A stretch of 64,000 nt of DNA, from IMG/VR virus record IMGVR_UViG_3300031134_000007, positions 40,313 through 104,312 of that record; one strand, given 5' to 3'. The notes beneath the pieces were generated by a model, which saw nothing but the letters and a program-made list of their open reading frames with translations, made no database searches and was not told the origin of the DNA. The DNA is from a virus. Below are positions 9,530 through 18,921 of this stretch, piece by piece (within the stretch, counting starts at the first letter, position 1; every line of letters begins with the position of its first letter). Position numbers and translations under genes: made by a program.

Positions 9530-10312
9530 TTACCAACGCAGTGAGGTCGGACGCAGAATCGGTGAGTTATCACCGGCTTCGTAATCGTTCATCATGATCT
9601 GCAGTGCCGTGGTGTCATTGAAATTAGACTCCAGGCCGTAACCCTGACCGCCAGCATTCTGACTGGTGATGATCTCGTTACGAATAACCGCTGGATCGAA
9701 CTGGTAGTCACCAAACGACTCCAGACCCGGGGAATGATACTTGGTGGCATTACGCACACCTGGCTCAGGCACCCAGTCCCACGTCACCAGCTCGTATACG
9801 TCTTTCTTCCACGCCATACCCATCATGGTATCGAGTGTCAGTGAACGCACAGAGAAGCAGGTGTCTTCGCTGGAGTTTTCCAGTGACGCTAACAGCTTGT
9901 CACCGATCGGACCACCCACAGGTTTGATTTCACCCAGCACCGCTACCATCTGCTCATTGCGGTGAGACTTGAAGTTGTTGAAATCAAGTTCTACACTACG
10001 GAGGTGCAACGCCCAGTTACTCATGTCGAGATAACGCAGACGGGAGAAGTACTGTTGCTGTGACATCCCCGGTTGAATCTTCGGATGGTCTTGCTCACCA
10101 CGCAGGTGACCGCGTTCAATACGACGCATGAACGAGGAGGACTTTAAGAAGATCTCTTCCAGGTATTTGTTGAACGGGTAGTAGTTACCGGATTCGTTAT
10201 GGATGTTAAAGCCACCCAATACCACGGTCCAGTAACCGTCCCCGCTCGGCTTTAGCGTGCCGGCTTTATTTGTGCCACGTAACGTCTGGCACGAAAACGT
10301 AATGTTCGACAT
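9530..10312 (-). CDS. Prohead protease (phiKZ gp175 / SPN3US gp245-like)
   Basis: LRGEQDHP (His), FSVRSLT (Ser) and TWDWVPEPG motifs; C-terminal GLES sites. Confidence 0.85.
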   Translation of the reverse strand: MSNITFSCQTLRGTNKAGTLKPSGDGYWTVVLGGFNIHNESGNYYPFNKYLEEIFLKSSSFMRRIERGHLRGEQDHPKIQPGMSQQQYFSRLRYLDMSNWALHLRSVELDFNNFKSHRNEQMVAVLGEIKPVGGPIGDKLLASLENSSEDTCFSVRSLTLDTMMGMAWKKDVYELVTWDWVPEPGVRNATKYHSPGLESFGDYQFDPAVIRNEIITSQNAGGQGYGLESNFNDTTALQIMMNDYEAGDNSPILRPTSLRW

Positions 10313-10324
10313 ACGACGTTCCTT

Positions 10325-11044
10325 TTACGAATCAGTTAACCCCAGATTACCGGCACCGAGCTTCTTGTGAGAAGAGTATTCGCCGCTGGTAATAGGAAGC
10401 ACGATGATATCTTGGGGGTTACGCAGATCCATTGCTTCGAACCAGTTGTTGTAAATCAGTTTGTAATACCCAGCACGCAATACCGTTGATTTGTTCAGCG
10501 GCAGCATGTTCCCTTCAGCAATTCGGACGTATGCCTTCACCACCACCTTACGGGGCAGCTTTGCATCACTGGTGGCTTCACGCCCCACCTTCGTAAAGAA
10601 GATCTCACCAATTGGTGTTGCCGGATAACGCACATGTGCTTTGTTGTACGGTACCAGCCAAACTTCTTCCGTGGAATCCGCATCGCCCAGGATTTTCTTA
10701 TTGGGCTTCAAGGCCACTTCATAGTTGATCGCGTAGATCTTCCACCCACCCGACCACTTTTCCGCATCCATTTGTTCCCAGTCGTACAACGCCGAACTGT
10801 ACCCAGACAAACAACCGTTCAAGGTGCCCGCTGTAGAAACACGAGGAACAGAACGGTCCTCCCGATTCATAGTGCGACGCGATACACGCGGTTCAAATGA
10901 CTTAAGGCTGTTGTTGGTACTAATGTGGAACACCACCCCCGACGAGTTCGCCGGGGTAAGAATGTCGACATTGTTACCGATGGTATTTGGCCAATACTCC
11001 AAAAACCGACGCATATCCTGCAGGTCAGTGTTATTGTCCACCAT
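10325..11044 (-). CDS. Hypothetical protein, possible ART-like fold
   Basis: 239 aa; FHIS...FEPR...PRVST...IY...EEVW pattern. Confidence 0.5.
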   Translation of the reverse strand: MVDNNTDLQDMRRFLEYWPNTIGNNVDILTPANSSGVVFHISTNNSLKSFEPRVSRRTMNREDRSVPRVSTAGTLNGCLSGYSSALYDWEQMDAEKWSGGWKIYAINYEVALKPNKKILGDADSTEEVWLVPYNKAHVRYPATPIGEIFFTKVGREATSDAKLPRKVVVKAYVRIAEGNMLPLNKSTVLRAGYYKLIYNNWFEAMDLRNPQDIIVLPITSGEYSSHKKLGAGNLGLTDS

Positions 11045-11769
11045 TAGCTCCTCAGCAAGGCTTCTACGCCTTCCACACGATCTGACGGGTTAATCAATGC
11101 AGAAACCACACCATCCTGGAAGTAACTACCAATCAGTTTCGCCACCGTATTCGTTGACGTTACAGCTGGGTTACGCAACCCCACAATGGTAGGCGGTTTC
11201 TTGTACACGTCGGCCAGTGCCTGCGGTACATTACGGTACTGTTTGTTCAGATCTTCAGGGTCACGGGAAATAATGTTAATGATGGTTTCGAACACTTGCG
11301 GGTTCGCACCCATCTTAAAGCCCGCGTACTTCGGTGCCAGATGGAAACACTTCGCCAGGTCAAACAAACTCCACCCATACGGCGCATTGCCGTTGATGAT
11401 GAGTTCGTTAAACAAAGGAGGAATGCAACTGTCCGTTTTCGGAATCCAGGTGGTTTCGAATACCGTGCTACCGGGTGCAAACGACAACTCATAGTACGGG
11501 TTCCCGTCCAGCTTCACCTGACGCACTTCGGTCGGGGTCAAGATCATGATAGCCGGTACCAGGGTTGCACAATAGAAACCACTGTCCGTTGCCATCACGA
11601 ACTCACCCACTGACCAGCAGGTTTCACCAACGTTCGCTAACCCTTTGTTAACGTAACGCTGAGGGATGTAGACTTTACACCCCTCACGGCAAACAACCGA
11701 ACTGTCGTCAAGTTTGACCAGATTGGCACGGACCTTGTCCCGGTTACGTGTTAAAGATGACAGGTCCAT
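11044..11769 (-). CDS. Virion RNA polymerase beta-prime C-terminal subunit (SPN3US gp244-like)
   Basis: 241 aa; C-terminal KLIGSYFQDGVVSAL...E.LL resembles the end of RpoC; synteny. Confidence 0.65.
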   Translation of the reverse strand: MDLSSLTRNRDKVRANLVKLDDSSVVCREGCKVYIPQRYVNKGLANVGETCWSVGEFVMATDSGFYCATLVPAIMILTPTEVRQVKLDGNPYYELSFAPGSTVFETTWIPKTDSCIPPLFNELIINGNAPYGWSLFDLAKCFHLAPKYAGFKMGANPQVFETIINIISRDPEDLNKQYRNVPQALADVYKKPPTIVGLRNPAVTSTNTVAKLIGSYFQDGVVSALINPSDRVEGVEALLRS

Positions 11770-11778
11770 GGGTTACCC

Positions 11779-13305
11779 TTACGATTGGAAGTTGTAGTAA
11801 ACGTCGTTCATCAGTGATTTGATGACCATATCCATAACGACATGCGACGCGATGGCTTTTGGTGACAGTGTCTGATCCGGGTAGTTGTTCATTGCAGTAA
11901 TGAACTCATCCACACGCAGGCGGCAATAGATGAATGACGCGAAGACGTAGGTGATGACCTTGTCCAGGTTGTCGCTGGTGTTAACCGGCAGTCCACTGGC
12001 CAGGTAATTCTGAATGTCGCGGATCATGTCTTGCTTGGTGCAGTCCGGGTTGATTTTAGCCCAGTAATCCTGGTCGATGTTCACCACGTGCTTAATCGCC
12101 GCTTTGGTCAGCGCTTCCATGGTGAAACGGTGTTTGCTCGACACCGCCATACCGGTGTAGGTACTCACCACGTTGTTGTACGCCGCTTCGTACTGCGGAC
12201 GCATTTCCAGAATGGTACGACCAGACACCTGACGCTGAGAGAACACGTTACCAATGATGGCTTCAATCGACCCGCCTTCTTGCAGGTACCATTTATGTAC
12301 ATCACCGTTCAGCAGGATGTTGTCGGTTTTCTGACCCAGCTGCCAGTTGCGAACAATTGGCATGTTGATGATCAGGGTTTTGTTTTCCACCGCAGCCACA
12401 CGTGCACGGTAAACACGACCGATCACTTTACCGAAGTGGGCTTTGAACGCAGAGATTGCCAGGTTGTACGTTGGCAGGTCCATACCCCACTGCACGCCTG
12501 CCACTGGATTGTCATACAGGGCGTTGGCTAACAGGAAGCCAGACAGAATCGCGTCGTAACCTTTACGGGTATCCAGAGCATCGCCCAGGGTACCGGCATT
12601 CAGCACACGACCGTTGCCGCTATTACCGAGCATGCGGCTCAGGAAACGGAAGTCATCAGAATCAGACACCGGCTGACCCTGGAACCAGATTTGCCAGATG
12701 GCAGACAGGTGGCCCGGGATCTCTTTGTCTTCACGTGCAATAAAGTCACGCACTTCCTGAGAACCCGAATTCACCAGCGCGTGCAGTTGCTCATCGCTGA
12801 GGGTCGGCAGTGAAACAGAAGGCATACCAACCAGATCGACTTTGTCGTACTGGGTAGCAATACCGTCAACCAACGCACCGGCCCACAGTGGGTCGTAGTT
12901 ATACACATCGACCTCAGGAATGATCGAGCGCGCTTGTGCGTTATCGGCCACGTACTGGTCAATGTATTCACGCGTGGCATTGATCGCCGGAATAACCACT
13001 TCACGTGCGTTGGTGATCATGCCCTTCACGCCGGCTGCAATACACTGCGCCGCACGTGCCTGAACAAAGCCGTGTTCAGAAGGCAGAATGATAGGCAGGT
13101 TTTCAGAATCACGACGACCTGTGTCAACCGGAGAGGACACCGCCATCAGGGTTTCTGCAACAGTGGCGTCATCAGCGTGCAGGGTTGCACTCGCCATGGT
13201 CAGGTTTCCAATCGGTGAACCTGCACAGGTTTCCAAACGGATATTGCGTTCGGAGAGCATTTCAGCAAGCGGCATAATAGCCGTTACTACTTGTTTCTTC
13301 AGCAT
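11779..13305 (-). CDS. Virion head protein (SPN3US gp243-like)
   Basis: 508 aa; position between vRNAP genes. Confidence 0.55.
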   Translation of the reverse strand: MLKKQVVTAIMPLAEMLSERNIRLETCAGSPIGNLTMASATLHADDATVAETLMAVSSPVDTGRRDSENLPIILPSEHGFVQARAAQCIAAGVKGMITNAREVVIPAINATREYIDQYVADNAQARSIIPEVDVYNYDPLWAGALVDGIATQYDKVDLVGMPSVSLPTLSDEQLHALVNSGSQEVRDFIAREDKEIPGHLSAIWQIWFQGQPVSDSDDFRFLSRMLGNSGNGRVLNAGTLGDALDTRKGYDAILSGFLLANALYDNPVAGVQWGMDLPTYNLAISAFKAHFGKVIGRVYRARVAAVENKTLIINMPIVRNWQLGQKTDNILLNGDVHKWYLQEGGSIEAIIGNVFSQRQVSGRTILEMRPQYEAAYNNVVSTYTGMAVSSKHRFTMEALTKAAIKHVVNIDQDYWAKINPDCTKQDMIRDIQNYLASGLPVNTSDNLDKVITYVFASFIYCRLRVDEFITAMNNYPDQTLSPKAIASHVVMDMVIKSLMNDVYYNFQS

Positions 13306-13317
13306 GACGCGTCCTTA

Positions 13318-13515
13318 TTAAACAGCAGGGGCCGAGATCAGCAGTGGGGAAACGATGTTCTGCAGTTTAGCAGCCACCAGGTTAGGTAATGCGTCTGGGT
13401 CGTTAACAACGCTGAGATCCGCAATTTCATTACCGCTGATGGCTTCCATTACTGCGCCAGTGGTTGCGACAATGTTTGCCAGAACGTTGGCGTTCTCATA
13501 AAGCTTCGTGGACAT
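13318..13515 (-). CDS. Small hypothetical protein
   Basis: 65 aa; AAGGAG RBS. Confidence 0.65.
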   Translation of the reverse strand: MSTKLYENANVLANIVATTGAVMEAISGNEIADLSVVNDPDALPNLVAAKLQNIVSPLLISAPAV

Positions 13516-13562
13516 ACTCTCTCCTTAAAAGGACAGGAGGCGGTTTCCCACCTCCCATTAAA

Positions 13563-14246
13563 TTACAGCGGACGACGGAACTGTGGTTGCAGACCCCGCG
13601 CTAACTTCTCCAGCACTTTCCCCGCGGCTTCCGCTTTGGTGATGGCACCGTCTTTGTCAGCATCCAGGCCTTTGTTCTGCAGGTAAGTCGTAGGACGACC
13701 TTCTTTGGTCCACAGCACGAAGTTCTCAGGTTTGCCTACTGCGGCTGGCCACAAGATCTTCATGTAAAGGTCACTCACGGTCATGAGTTTACCGGTCAAC
13801 GGTTTGAAGTACAGATACACGTACTCCAGCTGCTGTTCGGCTGTCATTTTCACGAGTGCTTCTACTGTGGTACCGCAGTCCGTTGCAGCCGCTTTGCCAA
13901 ACTGAATGAGACCGTAATAAGGTGCGCCTGCGCCGTTCTTAATCGTCGGGCTGAAGGTTTCCCCAGTCTCAAACGCCATGCACGCCATGAGCATGCTGGC
14001 ACCACCTTCTGGCATCTTCAACTGCTGTGCCATGAGACGCACACGCGCAGAGAACGCCGGTGACACTTTTGCACTCCAGGCGATGTCAAGATCAAGACCA
14101 CCCAGAGGCGCCAGTGGTTTACCGGCATTGATGTAAGCGGTTAGCGCACCTTGGGAACCGTTCCCCCAGATGCCATCAACAACACCGGTATAGAAACCGG
14201 CGTCTTTTAGCTGCTGCTGCAGACTACGGACTTTTTGCTCGTTCAC
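13563..14246 (-). CDS. Modular endolysin (PG-binding domain plus lysozyme/transglycosylase-like domain)
   Basis: LQQQL...VDGIWG PG-binding motif; MAFET (catalytic Glu); GLIQF; GTG start with GGAG RBS. Confidence 0.8.
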   Translation of the reverse strand: MNEQKVRSLQQQLKDAGFYTGVVDGIWGNGSQGALTAYINAGKPLAPLGGLDLDIAWSAKVSPAFSARVRLMAQQLKMPEGGASMLMACMAFETGETFSPTIKNGAGAPYYGLIQFGKAAATDCGTTVEALVKMTAEQQLEYVYLYFKPLTGKLMTVSDLYMKILWPAAVGKPENFVLWTKEGRPTTYLQNKGLDADKDGAITKAEAAGKVLEKLARGLQPQFRRPL

Positions 14247-14249
14247 GAT

Positions 14250-17200
14250 TTACTCCTGCAGTGAATGGCGTAACTTGATTGCGTTTTTGGTCACCGTGTA
14301 CAAGTAGGAGTTCATGGCACCGATGATGTACGGCGAGGTCACCATACGGTTCGCGATCGACAGGTTGGAGAAGATTGCTCCCACTTCCAGACCGTTGACC
14401 GTGGTGATGCGTTCGTCGTAGATGTAACCAAAGGTTGATTTCATCTGGTTGGCAAACACACCTTTATCACCGATAATGGTTGGCATAGGCACGATCAGGT
14501 AAACGTAGATCACCGCTTGTTTGTTCTCAAGCGTGTCACCACCAATACGCAGACCACCCATAACCTCACCGGTTTCCGCTTTACTGCCACGCATCTGACG
14601 ATTCAGTTTGCGGCGTTCGCGGTCAGACCGGTTAGCCACAATGGCCAGGGACTCCGACATGTCCTCAATGCTACCCCGATACAGCACCTCAATTTTTGCG
14701 ACACGACCGGTAGCTTTCGCTTTCGGGTTGTCGTTGCCAAAGACACGAAGACCGTCGTAACTGCCGTCGTCATCCAGGCCAAGCTGGGCGCTCACCAGGT
14801 TCTCCAGGGTACATAAGATTGTTTCCTGATCGACTTCGTCACCGACCGTTACCAGGTTACGTACCTCTTGATCGAAGTTAACCAGAATCGGAATTGGCTT
14901 ACCGGTAAAGGTTGCCAGTTCCTTACCTACACCACGATAAATCATCGAGGAGTCTTCGTAGGTAAACTGATCTTCCATCAACGCTGTGTTGACCATCACC
15001 CCGCCTTTCCACGAGACCTGTGTAGGTTCCATGAAATCGCGCTCGAAGTAGTTGCGGTTCCAAACGATCACATGACCTTTCTTCACCGTGTCGCCCGCTT
15101 TCATATCGGTAACAATCTCATGCACATACATCGTACCTGAGGCTGACCCAAACCGTGTTCCGATTTCGACACCCACCACACGATCACCGTAATCAACCAG
15201 TACGTGCTTGTCGCTGACTTCTGTGATCACCCCATCCCCTTCTGCAGGGTAGGCAAAGATCTTGGTGACGCGGTGCGCCAGCATACGCTCAGCACCGGTA
15301 CGGTACGGCGTAGTTTTGTATCCCACCGCATACATACCCTGGGAGTGCTGGACCGAGGTAAACATCACACGTTGTGGCGAATCACGGTCAGAGCCTGGGT
15401 TAAGCATGGCAGTAAAGGAGACCAAACTTGCTGGGTTGGTTTCATCGGTGGCAGCTTGAGCGTTTCCGCGCAGGTCTGTCAACAACGGATCACCCACCAT
15501 GTGTGCAGTGTAACCAACATCGGAGTTATCCACCGACGACTCAGAGACCACGCCCAGGTTATCAGGAATGAATTCACGAGTAGGTTTGGTCATGGAACGC
15601 GCAGTACGTCCGCCAGTACCACCAAAGGTGACTACCGAGTAATCCTTGGAGCTGTGGACGGGGTTGCACTCTTCGACCGGGGTGGTTGCAGTGTCGTCAA
15701 GCAACGCGTACCACACCGCATCCGGATGAAGTTCCAGTCCGGCTTTGGTAGCGACGGCTCGTGCTTTCAATTGACGGGTTGCTTTCACCAGTTCATTGTA
15801 CACCGCACCAGCCACACGCTCGGAACCACGCACACGTTGTTCACGCATTGAGGTCTCACGAATGTGTTGATCGTTTAGCAGCATCTTAACCGCATGCAGC
15901 AGTAACAGATCCCAGCGGGTTGGCGCACCCATGCGTTTCAGTTCTTCACGCGTAATCGGGTCAATGAACATATCACGCATCAGATCGAGTTCACGCACCC
16001 AGCGCACACCCATACCAGCTGACGCCAGTAAGTTGGAGTACACGGATTTACGGTCAAAGTCGTAGCGGCTAAAACGCTGCACTTCTTTGTCGTAATAGTT
16101 GAACCCGTTCAGCAGCATCGCGGCAAAGCGGTCACTGCGGTTGAACACCAGCACCTCATCGTTAAAGGTAACGGTACGTTCATCCGCGGTCAGGTTAAGA
16201 CGCTCACCACGCTGAGCAATACGAACCTGCAACTGCAGTTGTTCGATCATCACCGACAAGCCGTAGTAGTAGGCCAGAATCACACCCACGGGAATGGCTT
16301 TACGGAAGACCTGCAGCTCCACAGTTTCCACCGGTGCTTTAGCGGCATCTAACCCTAAGAAGGTTTCGAAGTCACCCAGCTGTTCCAATGAATCCCCGTT
16401 GGCCAGATACAGCGCACCCGAGTCATCCATCAGTACCGGGCTGCCTTGACGGTGTCCACAGATTGCCAGCTTGTTTGCGTAGTACCGATCCCACAGCTCT
16501 TCACCAAACTGGGCTTTGATCTGTTTGATGGAGAACAGGAACGAGATACCCTGATAGTCGAACCCTTTATAGCGCTGAGAGATGACCGCGTACGTATGTG
16601 GCACCCGAACACTGGATACAAAGTAACGCCCAATCACCAGATTAGAAACCGGCGGCTCGTACGTTGAATCGCTTGGGTTAGCCAGTGACATCAAGTTAAT
16701 GCGGTTGCCCAGCCACTTACCGTAGTCATGCACCGCCTTCTCAGAACGGGTCATGAAGCTCTTACCGTAATAAGAGGTCATGGAGACTTTGGTAGAGGAG
16801 ACTTTGCGAATCGGAATATCAACACGCTGTTTACGCACACGGCTCTTAACGTTATTCACCAACGTGGTGCCGTCTTCTTCGAGCTTTGGTACACGGAAAC
16901 GAATCGTGCTGACCTTCCCACCCACGGGCTGCACTTGCACGGCATAGACGACATACGCGGTGACTGCATCCTGTTTCTCTTCGCGCTGGTAGTCGAGTAC
17001 CGCTACACCTGCACCCATCACCGACATCACCGCGTTCGCAATGTCAGATTCCAGGACGTTGTTGATGTAGTTCTTGTCGAGGTTAACCAGACAAGTGGTC
17101 AGCATGCCTTTATTCAGGATACTGATTGAGTCAGGCGCCTCACCACCGGAGAGATCCGTCAACACTGTCGGGTCAATCTTCATCAGATCAGCCAGTGTGC

Positions 17201-18911
17201 CTTCGCCCACCGGGTTAGGGATGTTTTTGTACTGTTCAGCCAGGCGTTGGAAACGTTTGTATTCCGCTGCTGACAACATCCCTGCGTCGGCCAACACTTC
17301 CACCTGTGCCAGGACACCGTCTTCCGGTTTTGCTTCCACGTTGTTATTGGGAACGACTTGTGCAACCCGGCCTTCACGGTCATGGTTGAATTCATCGTCC
17401 GCAATCTCGTCACCAAAGCTACGTTGTTCGTAGACTTCAATGTCGGTCAGTGGCTCATCACCGTCGGTCTTCTTGGCCGCAGCAGGTTTAACCGGTTCAG
17501 GTTCATCCAGTGTTGGGATATCCACACCGAACACTGAAACAGGTTTAGCAACCGGTGCCGGTGCATCTTCTTCATCAATCTCCGGTTCTGCACCCTCGGT
17601 CTGTTGAGCCGCCGGTGGGGCAATCGCCTCAATGACTTCAGGCTGCTCCGCTTCTTCGCTGATTGATGTGCCGCCGGTTTTCACTTCGAACAACTTGGTC
17701 ATGAACTTCAGCATGTGTTTGCGGAAGTTGTCCAGACCGTTGTTGCCCTTTGACTGTTTCAGGATCTCTTCACGCCACTTTTCAATGACATCAAGACGTA
17801 CCACAGTGTACGCGCCCACGTTACCAAATACCAGGTGGATCTTTTCCAACTGTTTCGGATCGTGATCAAGCATGCTGAACAGGGACGCTTCACGGTTACT
17901 CCCTAACCATAGCCAAAAGTGAATGAACCAATAATCATTCGCCGTACGCAGACGGTTCATGACTGACATCTGCAGTTCAGGCTTAAAGCGCATGACACGT
18001 GACTGGAACGCGCCCAGGGCTTCCATGCCGGCAGACAGATCGGTCAACAGCGGCTCGTAGTTCGGCAAGGTGCTCGGGATCAGGAAGACTTCATTCCCGG
18101 TTGCCATGCGGATCAAGGTATCCAGTAACCGACCATCTTGGTTACTGATACGCGCACCCGGTTCCCACGCTTGGTCAGACGCGCCGTAATACGCATCACG
18201 GGTATCTTCGAACGCTTCGAGTGCCGCATCAATTAACATACCCTGGTCGTAGTCATCCAAGCTTTCCAGACCCGCACCGTACCACTGACTCACGGGTACG
18301 CCGTCCATCCAGGCTTCGGTACCCACGCCCTGAATCTTGTCCAACCCTTTTGCCATACGCTCATCGTAGACACGCAGCTGTGACAGCTGAGGCAGTGACG
18401 CCGGCATCTGTAAATAGATGAACTGGTTACGCTCAGACTCTTTCTGGATGTTGGTCATCCGTTCCATCACGGTGTACTGCATGTTGTACCAGCGGAAGTA
18501 GTTCACGAACATCGCTGGACGATAGGTCAACTGGTGTTGTGCCATCGCGTAGTTTTCAACAATACAGTAGCGCTGGTTCGCCATCACTGACGCAATGTTA
18601 CGGACCAGCTTGAAACGTTTGTGACGGTTATGATACTGCTTGATCATGTTGTTCAACGACAACGTCTTGACCTGGGGATTCCCCAGAGGCGTTTTGATTT
18701 GACGCACATGGTCAATATAGACGTCATCGCTGTACTTGTTAATCAGCAGGTCATTTTGCTCGATACCGTATTCGGTCAGATCCGATGGGACGTAGTGCAG
18801 TAATGCGCCACGGGGTAGTTCAAAGTCAGCCAGCGGGAAGAAGTGCGGGCTGAATACGTGCTCTTTCTTTCGCACACAGATCTTACGAAAGAAGCTATTA
18901 TACAAAATCAT
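14250..18911 (-). CDS. Virion RNA polymerase beta subunit, N/middle part (phiKZ gp178 / SPN3US gp241-like)
   Basis: 1553 aa; YEDS and GDKGVFANQMKS motifs; TFGGTGGR. Confidence 0.85.
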   Translation of the reverse strand: MILYNSFFRKICVRKKEHVFSPHFFPLADFELPRGALLHYVPSDLTEYGIEQNDLLINKYSDDVYIDHVRQIKTPLGNPQVKTLSLNNMIKQYHNRHKRFKLVRNIASVMANQRYCIVENYAMAQHQLTYRPAMFVNYFRWYNMQYTVMERMTNIQKESERNQFIYLQMPASLPQLSQLRVYDERMAKGLDKIQGVGTEAWMDGVPVSQWYGAGLESLDDYDQGMLIDAALEAFEDTRDAYYGASDQAWEPGARISNQDGRLLDTLIRMATGNEVFLIPSTLPNYEPLLTDLSAGMEALGAFQSRVMRFKPELQMSVMNRLRTANDYWFIHFWLWLGSNREASLFSMLDHDPKQLEKIHLVFGNVGAYTVVRLDVIEKWREEILKQSKGNNGLDNFRKHMLKFMTKLFEVKTGGTSISEEAEQPEVIEAIAPPAAQQTEGAEPEIDEEDAPAPVAKPVSVFGVDIPTLDEPEPVKPAAAKKTDGDEPLTDIEVYEQRSFGDEIADDEFNHDREGRVAQVVPNNNVEAKPEDGVLAQVEVLADAGMLSAAEYKRFQRLAEQYKNIPNPVGEGTLADLMKIDPTVLTDLSGGEAPDSISILNKGMLTTCLVNLDKNYINNVLESDIANAVMSVMGAGVAVLDYQREEKQDAVTAYVVYAVQVQPVGGKVSTIRFRVPKLEEDGTTLVNNVKSRVRKQRVDIPIRKVSSTKVSMTSYYGKSFMTRSEKAVHDYGKWLGNRINLMSLANPSDSTYEPPVSNLVIGRYFVSSVRVPHTYAVISQRYKGFDYQGISFLFSIKQIKAQFGEELWDRYYANKLAICGHRQGSPVLMDDSGALYLANGDSLEQLGDFETFLGLDAAKAPVETVELQVFRKAIPVGVILAYYYGLSVMIEQLQLQVRIAQRGERLNLTADERTVTFNDEVLVFNRSDRFAAMLLNGFNYYDKEVQRFSRYDFDRKSVYSNLLASAGMGVRWVRELDLMRDMFIDPITREELKRMGAPTRWDLLLLHAVKMLLNDQHIRETSMREQRVRGSERVAGAVYNELVKATRQLKARAVATKAGLELHPDAVWYALLDDTATTPVEECNPVHSSKDYSVVTFGGTGGRTARSMTKPTREFIPDNLGVVSESSVDNSDVGYTAHMVGDPLLTDLRGNAQAATDETNPASLVSFTAMLNPGSDRDSPQRVMFTSVQHSQGMYAVGYKTTPYRTGAERMLAHRVTKIFAYPAEGDGVITEVSDKHVLVDYGDRVVGVEIGTRFGSASGTMYVHEIVTDMKAGDTVKKGHVIVWNRNYFERDFMEPTQVSWKGGVMVNTALMEDQFTYEDSSMIYRGVGKELATFTGKPIPILVNFDQEVRNLVTVGDEVDQETILCTLENLVSAQLGLDDDGSYDGLRVFGNDNPKAKATGRVAKIEVLYRGSIEDMSESLAIVANRSDRERRKLNRQMRGSKAETGEVMGGLRIGGDTLENKQAVIYVYLIVPMPTIIGDKGVFANQMKSTFGYIYDERITTVNGLEVGAIFSNLSIANRMVTSPYIIGAMNSYLYTVTKNAIKLRHSLQE

Positions 18912-18921
18912 AAAGGGTCCC

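Noticed and set aside
17400-18330. Intein or intron in vRNAP beta
   Set aside because: The frame is continuous; no intein terminal His-Asn plus Cys/Ser/Thr signature or homing endonuclease motif was seen
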